From IMG/VR virus record IMGVR_UViG_3300009163_000026, positions 22,856 through 86,855 of that record: a stretch of DNA of 64,000 nt, one strand, 5' to 3'. The notes under the pieces were generated by a model. That model ran no database searches. It had not been told where the DNA came from and worked only from the letters and a program-made list of their open reading frames with translations. Source of the DNA: a virus. The position numbers and the translations under genes were made by a program. This document shows, one piece after another, positions 53,001 to 61,056 of this stretch (position 1 is the first letter of the stretch; every line of letters starts with the position of its first letter).

Positions 53001-56000
53001 AACTCTTTCTTCATATCAAGTAGCTAATGACTCACCTGCTCTTGGACTCGGATTTACTCAAATAGATGTTCAATCTATTGGACTACTTAAAGATAGTAAT
53101 ACATGGGTTGCCTTAGCTAGTACACTACAAGCACGGCCGATATATGGTAGTGCTGACTGGGCTGATTATACTTATTATAACGATAACGACCCGTATCTGC
53201 CCGTAGTATATAATAATGTTGATGATTTAAAGAAGTTGAAGAGTCAAAACCCGTTTGACAGAGCCGGTGGTAACACACAGCCTTACAGAACTGGAAATAT
53301 AGTTAGAGTGTTAAATGATTTTACTGATAGTTATGACGGTATTATTTATGAATGGGCTAATAAGAGTATCGCTGTAGCTAACGATCAAGAGATTGTTATT
53401 CCGGATACCTATACAAGTAATCTTTCAGGTCGCTGGATTCATACACTCGCTGCTCCAATTTCAACAGTAAACATCTCTAGGTTTGGAGCTGTTGGTGATG
53501 GTGTGACTGATGATGCTCCTGCTATTCGAGAGGCTATTCTTTATTGTACAAAGAATAATATTCAAATTCTTCAGTTTAATAGTGGTACGTACTTTTTATC
53601 GTCTTATGCACCGTGGAGTGCACAGTACGGCGCTGGTCATGAGCTTATTAGTATAGGCTCACCTCAAAAACTACTAAGCAGCTATCCGAAAGTGGAGTTA
53701 ACGTTACTTGGCAGCACTAACGGTACTACTACACTATCTGCGACAACGAATAGCTACAGTCTCGCCAACGGAAGTTATTCTATGTCGATTATCGGGATCG
53801 GGATGCACATAAAATCTCTTAAGATACGACGCTTAACGCTTATTTGGGACGGTGGTAACACGTATGAATTACCTGCACCACCTGCTGGAGCGTTTACCCA
53901 GGAATACAAGACTTTACTTAGTACTAGAAAACATAGCGTACCAGGTGAAGAGTTCTTCAGTGGTATTATGACATCGATTGCCGATAGAGATGTGCTATAC
54001 GCCGGTGCCTATGCTTGGCCTACACCTATCGATATTGAAATTGTAGAGATATCTAACTGTGTATTTATTAATTGTCATAGAGCAATTACCTGGAACAGCA
54101 CTTGTCAAATACCCGGTAGAGGAGTATTAAAATTAGATATTAAATTTAATACATTCTTATATCCAAAAGGTACAGATTTATATGGCACACCGGGCCATGG
54201 TACTGGTAACCAAATAACATACTTTGACCGAGATATAGCTAAGCTCTATTTTACAGATAATTTTGTTGAAGGTACAACATATACTGACCCACCGCGATGT
54301 CAGAATGAAGCATCAAAGGACGGATGTATAACGTTTCTTGGATTAAGTTCAGTTATTGCACGTAATACGTTTACTCGGATGTGGATTGAGACTATTCAAG
54401 CTACATGTGTTGGACCCGCTGGCTTTGCACAGAATTGGGAGTCACTTACGATACCTTCCATAGGTCAAACCTTAACAGCTGTATATGAAACTAGATTAGG
54501 TAATCCTGGAACCTATAGTCTATGGCAGAAGGGATCAGGAGGTTCACCATATGCTCCTGGAAACGTTGTAAGTTTTACTGACGGTAACTCGTATGGTGGT
54601 GGTGTATACCGTGTTGATAGGTATGTACCAGATAAGGTACTAGTTGCACCTGGTCATCCTAACTATTTTCAAGGCTATGATACAACATCACGGGGATTAT
54701 CTGCTGTATGGACTCGTATAGATCCACCGGGTGGTGCGGGTGTATTTGCGGATGGTAGAACTGGTGCTGTTGGCAAGCCTTTACAAGACGGTATGTTTGT
54801 CTATTATAACTTTGACGGTGAGTATAACACACAGTGTGCAATTATCGATAATATTTTTGAACCTGGTATTACAAGCTTTACCCCAGCAGGAAGATCAGGC
54901 ACACTATCACAAGCATCTCTGAGAACTAATCATGGACCCTGTGTTAGATCAGATAACGGTACTTTATATCTAAGTGGTAACTACTTTACTGGTGGATCGT
55001 TAAGTCTTAATACACGATCTGCCTCTCCGTTTAGTAAAGCTACAGTTGAATATAATAATTTTCATATTTATGATTATATGTATCTGAAAGGCTTTGTTGG
55101 AAACTATAGTGGAAGTATATATACCTCTAACACTGTTAACGATATTTACTACCCAATCGTACCAGCAAGCACAACTTTAAGTTCTACGGTAATAAGACAA
55201 AATAATTTTCATTTTTGGCAGGACCTTAATACAGGCGGTATATCTTTAACTGCAAATACAGATTTTAAACACGGCTTCGGTGAGTTCGCGCTTCATGCTG
55301 ATAACAACGACCTCGGTAATGTTAATGTGTTTGTAGATAATACGACATATTGCTATGTTCCTGCGCTATCTAGCTATCTACTAGAACACGCTAAAAATAA
55401 TTATAGAGCTGCAGGTAGAAATAACATTGTTAACGCGGAAGATATACTATCTGGCAACAAGCTTGTCAATGTGTTTCCTGACTATGTTAACGTTAGTTCA
55501 TTCGGCGCAAAGGGAGACGGTGTAACCGATGATCAACCTGCTATTCAACGTGCTATCGATTTCTGTAGTCTTAACAATATCCCTACTATATACTTTAGCT
55601 CAGGTGTTTATTATTTAAGTTCAACCGCTACAGGTACAGGCACACCAAACACAGGTAACGGGATTGGAGTTGGTGCTGGTGATCACTTAAATATTGGATA
55701 CTATCCCGAAGCTACTAATATTATATCTTATGCTACAATGTATAATAATATTAACTATAAGCCTACTAATCCTAAGAAGATTAGTTTGAATTTAGTCGGC
55801 ACAGGCACAACAATATTGAGTGCTAGAAAGCAGGATAGACTAAGACAGTATGGCGGTCAAGCTAGTATTATAGCCTTAAGAGAAAATATTAATAATTTTA
55901 AGATGGAAGGCTTAACTCTTGTCTGGTCTGGTAGCGCTACAGCCGCTGGATCACCTGAACCACAGGGTGTTATTATTACTAGCAATTACGGACGTGCTGC

Positions 56001-59000
56001 TTTCTGGCCTATTAATAGAAATCAAATTGATATATTAAATTGTACGTTTATTAACTGCCACGGAGCTATTTCCAGTTATAGCTCTATATTAACAGGTAAG
56101 GGTACCAACACCGTTAATATTATCGGCTGTAATTTCCGCTATCCGAAAGGTAGTGATAGTAAATCGTTAAACGGTGGCGGTGTAGTTACAGATTTTAGGT
56201 ACGATACACTCAACCTTAATATTACAGATAATTTTGCTGAAGGTAGTACAACAATACCTGTAGATAGTCCAAACTATTATCCTAAAGATTTATTTATCGT
56301 AGCGGGTGGCGTCAATAATCGGTATGAGCGCAATACTATGGCAAGATTTTATCAACCGATAAATGCTTCAACATTTGGCCCTGGTATATCTATAACTACT
56401 CAATTACCGATACCTCCTGTCGGTGGCACTATTACACTGTCTGCTCTAAATACTGCTAAGAATCCTGGTTCAAATGAGTATCTTCAGAGTATATCGATAC
56501 TCTCTGCGTACCAAGGGTTTGCTGTAGGAAATATCGTAACACTAGTTTCACCCTACGCTGGAGTATATGTTATTAACAGTCTAGCTGAATCGAATTCCAA
56601 TAGGTATATAATTGTCGCAACCCGATTAAGTGGAGCTGACTACGGTGGTGAGTTCGCAAACATTGATGTAGCTGCTACTGGGAGCATCCCAAACAGTTCG
56701 TTCCTTGTACCGTTTAACTTTCAAAATAAAATTAATTGTGGTACATATATATATGATAATATCTTTACAGCAGGTCTCGCCATATCGAGCCCTACAAATA
56801 AAATTCTAGCGAATCAACCAGCGATTGGTGCGAATTCTGGATTTATATCTATCAGCGGTAACTCTATACCTGCATATCAGGCAGTACGTAGTACTTTTGA
56901 TGGTACAGACTTTAGAAGTGAATGTAGAATTGAACGGAATACGTTCTATAGCTATTCTGCTGGTAGTAATCCAGCTGTATGCTTTATAACATCATATCAA
57001 AGTTCAATTGTAAGCAATAAGTTTTACTTTTGGTCAGACTTCCTTAATAATAATTCATTAGTTTTAACTAAACCTGCAGAAATAACTAGTGGCTACGGCT
57101 ACGGAGCTAATCGTGTTTCATGGGCAGGTGTAGATATTAATAGCACTACATATGCTAAAAAACAAGCATATCCTAGTACTGCTAATGTAGGTAATCATAT
57201 AGTAGCAAATAATATATTTTATTGCACTTATGCTCTCTCTGCAAATAATATTATACCTGTAGTGAACAAGACTACATTTGATATAGATTATGGAAATATT
57301 GTGCAAACACCGACTAAACCGGTGGTTACTTTAGGCTCTTCAAATACGTCTACCACACCAAGACTTCATTTTAGTTTTGCAAATAGCCTTTCTGATATAT
57401 CTGCTACGTATACTATACAAGTTGCAGAGACTGCTCCTACTTTAGATTTTGTTGATATATTAACACTTAAACCTACATCTACAGAAACAATTATTTCTAA
57501 TTATGTATCTACCTATAAAGGCTTAACACTAAAATATAATTCCATATATTGGTTGAGAGTGTTACCGAGAGATAAAGACGGTGTAGACATACCGTTTACA
57601 TCAGTATCTGATAGTATAAGTAGTTATACAGTACCTAACAGACCAGCAATCAATACAAGCTCAACAGTAAAAACAACTAATGCAATAACTATTAACTGGG
57701 CTGTGATATCAGCTACTCTAAATGGAGGAATTAAGCTATATTATAACCCGATACCGACTAACAATCTGCCAGTACAAGCGACTATAATATACCTAACCAA
57801 TACAGATAGTAGCTATACAGTTACAGGTCTCAATAGCTCCACTGGTTATAACTTCAAGGTAGCTGCATATAATTTGAATGGTGCTGTAGAGTATGAAGGT
57901 CCGGCATCCGTGGAAGTTAGCATCTATACAAATAGTGTACCACCGCCAGCGAATTCTAAATTAACTAGCCTCACACTCAACAACGGTACATTAACCCCGA
58001 ATTTTGCTGAAGGTACGACGACCTACAATGTAAGCGTACCTGCTACAACAACATCCATTACTACCACACCAACAGTCATCGACAGCAACGCAACTGTGAA
58101 GGTGAATGGAGTCACCGTGGCTTCGGGTATGGCAAGTGTGCCACTGGATTTAGTAACCGGATCTAATTCGATCAGCATAGAAGTCACTGTAACTAATGAG
58201 TCTACAACGATATATACAGTAGTAGTTATACGAGCAGCAGGGATTGTTACGCTGCCTACGATAGATACATCACCTAGCATTGCTTACTCCTTTGTTAATA
58301 AGTCTTCCGAGGCCTTAGGTTATGGACTCTACATATCTGATGGAGGAGATTTTACACTACACAAATCGTTTGAAGCGGTAGAACTAAACGAAATCATTAC
58401 TGATGTTATACCGAATCTTGCATATAATTCAAAATATAGTATAAAGGTTGTATACTTTAATAATCAAGATGACTTCAATATATATACTATAGCATTACCG
58501 GCTCCTACTATCACACTAGCAACCTCAACACCAGCCATTACAAGGTATACCGACTCAACCCTGACTTGGTCAACAACTAATGCTCAATCTGTAACAATCG
58601 ACTCTCTCTCTATACGTAATAAGTCAAGTACTTTCTCTGTAGCTCAAAACGCTTTATCTAGTGGTAGTTTAACTATTACACCATCAGCGACTACTACATA
58701 CACAATCCGGGTACTTGATGAGGTAGGTGAAACGAGTACATTAAGTACAACTCTTTTAGTTGTATCATCACCTATTGCTACACTATCAGCTTCAATCTCG
58801 CCAATTCTTACAGGAGCTTCATCAACTATTACATGGTCGACAACCTATGCAACATCCGCGTTCATTGATTCTCGTTCGATAACTGGTCGGTATGAAAACC
58901 TCGGTCGCGTAGCTATAACTAGCGGTAGTTTAACAGTTTCTCCATCTGCAACTACAAGCTACACAATTAGTGCGTTTAACGCTGCAGGTACCCTTGCAAC

Positions 59001-61008
59001 AGCTTGTATTTCAATCGGAGTGTGTAAGGATATAGCAACAACACTTACACTTAACCAATCTTCAACATCTGTAACACAGTATGGTATTACATGGACCTTC
59101 GACAGGCCTTACCGTGTTGGTCAATTCATTAACGGTGATTGGTGGGTGGTCGGTCCAGTGATAATTAAAGATATCGATCCTAAGACTGGTACTTGTGGTC
59201 TTGCTCACGGTACTATGCTTAACCCTAAACCAGGTGTTGATCGTGGTGAGGGATTGGTGACTCGATCTGATTTTGTATCTTCTACACTTACTAATGGAGG
59301 AGCAATATTTGATACCTTGTGCGCATTCAGTAACGGTGACTCAACTACGAGATTCTTTAAAATACCAACGTCCGCTGATAGAGCAATATCTCAAGGTTTA
59401 GGCTATCATCAGCAAAACCACTTATATAATTCAGGATTATACACATCTCAAGAACAAGAAACTATTGTAAAACTATTACTTCCTCTTTCACAAGGATTTG
59501 GAAGCTTTGATGTAAACTATAGTGTAGAGTATGACTCAGATAAAAATATATCGATTCGCTTACCATACACTGTTTCAGCGGGTAATTCAATTTATTCTGT
59601 AAATTGCAACCCTCTACCGTATGGTCGATGCCAGGTGGATGAGTTTGGAGCTGAAATACACAATCAACCTGACCCTATTACAGTCGTAGGTAAGTATGGC
59701 TGTTATAAGGATGATGCTGAAAAAACATATTTTAAAGAAACCGCAGTACTTACTGTACTATCATCTGTACCACTTTCTGGAAGCTTTCGACCACCATATG
59801 CTGGGTCAGATAAGACCATTCAATGGAATATAAGTAATTTAGACTATAGTGTGTTGCGCAAGCTTACGATTCCTATTCCAGACCACGCACCAACAATAAG
59901 TTGGTTAGAAGACGCTATAAAGCGTCCACTACTAGAAATGAATCATAGCTTTCAAAATACAGTTTGGAAAGCTAGATGGAATCCGTCAAAACCAGGCGGA
60001 TATACAATAAGAACGTATGGTAGAGAGATCGGTGGGATTGCTAGCGGTATTGGGTTAATACTTAACTCAAACTTTACTAACGCAGAAAAAGAAAAGCTGC
60101 TAATTTACATGGTGCAGTGGGGAATTGATATAAATGGCCTGGTAAATGCTGGTATGGTGTGGGGTCCGAATGGTGGTCACCAACACGGTCGTTCACTTCC
60201 ACTCTTTATTGCCGCAAAAGTACTAAACAGTAATACTATGCTTGCGAATGTTTCTGGTTCAAAGAACTTCCAGGAATTAATAGAACACGGATTTGTAGAA
60301 CAAGAACGAGAAATTAATACACCTAGAACACTTCAATATGATCCGGGTCCAATTAGGCCCTATACGCAAAATATGTTAGGTATGCCTGAGTGGAACCTAT
60401 GGTATGACGGAGTGTCGCCGACACCGGGTTCGGCTTGGGTGAAAGGAAAGCAGACAGATTTAAATGATGGAATATATTATGATGCAAATGCCTATCGCCA
60501 AAATGTTGGTGGTGTAGGTTGTGGAACAACTGCGACGATTATTATCATGAATGGCCGTAGTGATCTTAACCAAGAAGCATTCATACGCTACCATACAGAA
60601 CGTTATTTCTATAAACAATATTACTATGCTCAATATTTGGATCAAAGAAGGTTTACAGGTGATAGCAATGCTACAGAGGCATTTGTAACGGATATGTGGG
60701 ATACTTATATTCCGAGAATTGAATTAACTGCTTCAACTCCCGCAGCTACTTCAGCACTCTCAGCAAACTTCGCTTGGAAGACAGTGAATATTTATTCAGG
60801 TAATACATCAACTATCACATGGGCGATAAGTACTGCTACTTACGCAGTTCTAACTCCTACATATGGACGCATAGCTCAAAATGCTTTATCTGGTGGTACA
60901 TACAGTGTTTCACCAACGGTAACCACAACATATACACTCAGTGCAGTTAGCTTATCCGGTGTATCAAATACTATGAGTGTGACTCTCTCTGTATTACCAA
61001 CACCCTAA
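50071..61008 (+). CDS. Giant 3645-aa multi-domain tailspike/depolymerase-like protein
   Basis: N-terminal right-handed beta-helix (IYIS..G.D..G..P.KTL..A; ARFP); two FGAxGDGVTDDxPAI pectate-lyase-3 starts; FN3; cadherin-like LTSLTL..LTP.F..Y; Ig/PKD repeats; QYGITWTFD..NGDWWVVGPV domain. Confidence 0.85.
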   Translation: MIFNFLLASVFDLQGPITKQASSADTIYISTTGRDNYYGFTPSRPVKTLQVAIERLRTTQAYGPKNRFLVFEGGEYNIKELNPTGAIFTYDVNTINDNTLTIRPYNSTPVVIVGNRYNDKNITALSNGLWKIAITKSLSEQFYDFYLNDQRMFPARFPKRGTYSHGEYNTVTRSNGELVFQIKDTTKFITALSNVIIPRSVNNASIVTSVDNYLDIGPTDKNYIKDIRAISTNMYSITSSVIVDGLSILGYNPLFVNTNLKDQAASLCTVEGEFVVSKEFNDLFIYVKPYSNLTISSTTFNTFEGPSSKYGERFVDHSFDSINGNFLYADKTTLSGNGLDFNSVSNVVVKDLNFKHLNKAISNFNYCRNFTISGCDIRHCSNGVHSIDATSLQVYKNLVFDIDGSGILIQSSLSAKVANNIIKYVGMVRTSQGRSIDVKAINGAIWSNSSNEAALTVLSATNNTFTISVSSITNKGYPNNSYSNGNLRYRFHHQNNGYIEILTGALAGQKRIVNNYYVLSSTLANFNTADETGLSSYGFVTYGIVDPWTPVGGTLVPAKGTTLKYVGGGSNRNQNFVLEHNFLEYASTQCISIRESMFATISGNYISSASYGSTGGTALYISAEDIKVSDNQIQKSRKGQGQSQGFAVYVSSSAQRVQIKNNIISRSDGGLSLVSPNQITVTNNIIERSYDSLIPLAALASPQSTYAGASSTYMLNCSSNILITSPSIDFTFKKQDYFVTPAANNLSGGLQAYSPAMRVVNFRLSASDTDYYSFSLFPTAIDEKERFSLITNNEKFYRCGVINNRPVYLIASTTLGFYVKNNNWVLGTLYTSTIYLSSNCGIIGFNYPWSLSATRNYFRPESGSANKLDFYFEYYSNKRAVPLVYTHNNCLYTDIVDYKTTKYPLLSNNFHAWAGQVAPDRNGVYTGFQSLSVTEVTVPSFQETRTFWNSSNMFTMSSGFDGLVDWEESSIFANPKLTLSSYQVANDSPALGLGFTQIDVQSIGLLKDSNTWVALASTLQARPIYGSADWADYTYYNDNDPYLPVVYNNVDDLKKLKSQNPFDRAGGNTQPYRTGNIVRVLNDFTDSYDGIIYEWANKSIAVANDQEIVIPDTYTSNLSGRWIHTLAAPISTVNISRFGAVGDGVTDDAPAIREAILYCTKNNIQILQFNSGTYFLSSYAPWSAQYGAGHELISIGSPQKLLSSYPKVELTLLGSTNGTTTLSATTNSYSLANGSYSMSIIGIGMHIKSLKIRRLTLIWDGGNTYELPAPPAGAFTQEYKTLLSTRKHSVPGEEFFSGIMTSIADRDVLYAGAYAWPTPIDIEIVEISNCVFINCHRAITWNSTCQIPGRGVLKLDIKFNTFLYPKGTDLYGTPGHGTGNQITYFDRDIAKLYFTDNFVEGTTYTDPPRCQNEASKDGCITFLGLSSVIARNTFTRMWIETIQATCVGPAGFAQNWESLTIPSIGQTLTAVYETRLGNPGTYSLWQKGSGGSPYAPGNVVSFTDGNSYGGGVYRVDRYVPDKVLVAPGHPNYFQGYDTTSRGLSAVWTRIDPPGGAGVFADGRTGAVGKPLQDGMFVYYNFDGEYNTQCAIIDNIFEPGITSFTPAGRSGTLSQASLRTNHGPCVRSDNGTLYLSGNYFTGGSLSLNTRSASPFSKATVEYNNFHIYDYMYLKGFVGNYSGSIYTSNTVNDIYYPIVPASTTLSSTVIRQNNFHFWQDLNTGGISLTANTDFKHGFGEFALHADNNDLGNVNVFVDNTTYCYVPALSSYLLEHAKNNYRAAGRNNIVNAEDILSGNKLVNVFPDYVNVSSFGAKGDGVTDDQPAIQRAIDFCSLNNIPTIYFSSGVYYLSSTATGTGTPNTGNGIGVGAGDHLNIGYYPEATNIISYATMYNNINYKPTNPKKISLNLVGTGTTILSARKQDRLRQYGGQASIIALRENINNFKMEGLTLVWSGSATAAGSPEPQGVIITSNYGRAAFWPINRNQIDILNCTFINCHGAISSYSSILTGKGTNTVNIIGCNFRYPKGSDSKSLNGGGVVTDFRYDTLNLNITDNFAEGSTTIPVDSPNYYPKDLFIVAGGVNNRYERNTMARFYQPINASTFGPGISITTQLPIPPVGGTITLSALNTAKNPGSNEYLQSISILSAYQGFAVGNIVTLVSPYAGVYVINSLAESNSNRYIIVATRLSGADYGGEFANIDVAATGSIPNSSFLVPFNFQNKINCGTYIYDNIFTAGLAISSPTNKILANQPAIGANSGFISISGNSIPAYQAVRSTFDGTDFRSECRIERNTFYSYSAGSNPAVCFITSYQSSIVSNKFYFWSDFLNNNSLVLTKPAEITSGYGYGANRVSWAGVDINSTTYAKKQAYPSTANVGNHIVANNIFYCTYALSANNIIPVVNKTTFDIDYGNIVQTPTKPVVTLGSSNTSTTPRLHFSFANSLSDISATYTIQVAETAPTLDFVDILTLKPTSTETIISNYVSTYKGLTLKYNSIYWLRVLPRDKDGVDIPFTSVSDSISSYTVPNRPAINTSSTVKTTNAITINWAVISATLNGGIKLYYNPIPTNNLPVQATIIYLTNTDSSYTVTGLNSSTGYNFKVAAYNLNGAVEYEGPASVEVSIYTNSVPPPANSKLTSLTLNNGTLTPNFAEGTTTYNVSVPATTTSITTTPTVIDSNATVKVNGVTVASGMASVPLDLVTGSNSISIEVTVTNESTTIYTVVVIRAAGIVTLPTIDTSPSIAYSFVNKSSEALGYGLYISDGGDFTLHKSFEAVELNEIITDVIPNLAYNSKYSIKVVYFNNQDDFNIYTIALPAPTITLATSTPAITRYTDSTLTWSTTNAQSVTIDSLSIRNKSSTFSVAQNALSSGSLTITPSATTTYTIRVLDEVGETSTLSTTLLVVSSPIATLSASISPILTGASSTITWSTTYATSAFIDSRSITGRYENLGRVAITSGSLTVSPSATTSYTISAFNAAGTLATACISIGVCKDIATTLTLNQSSTSVTQYGITWTFDRPYRVGQFINGDWWVVGPVIIKDIDPKTGTCGLAHGTMLNPKPGVDRGEGLVTRSDFVSSTLTNGGAIFDTLCAFSNGDSTTRFFKIPTSADRAISQGLGYHQQNHLYNSGLYTSQEQETIVKLLLPLSQGFGSFDVNYSVEYDSDKNISIRLPYTVSAGNSIYSVNCNPLPYGRCQVDEFGAEIHNQPDPITVVGKYGCYKDDAEKTYFKETAVLTVLSSVPLSGSFRPPYAGSDKTIQWNISNLDYSVLRKLTIPIPDHAPTISWLEDAIKRPLLEMNHSFQNTVWKARWNPSKPGGYTIRTYGREIGGIASGIGLILNSNFTNAEKEKLLIYMVQWGIDINGLVNAGMVWGPNGGHQHGRSLPLFIAAKVLNSNTMLANVSGSKNFQELIEHGFVEQEREINTPRTLQYDPGPIRPYTQNMLGMPEWNLWYDGVSPTPGSAWVKGKQTDLNDGIYYDANAYRQNVGGVGCGTTATIIIMNGRSDLNQEAFIRYHTERYFYKQYYYAQYLDQRRFTGDSNATEAFVTDMWDTYIPRIELTASTPAATSALSANFAWKTVNIYSGNTSTITWAISTATYAVLTPTYGRIAQNALSGGTYSVSPTVTTTYTLSAVSLSGVSNTMSVTLSVLPTP

Positions 61009-61056
61009 GAAATATCTTCACTCAACCTCCAAACAATCGATAAATAATTATACAAT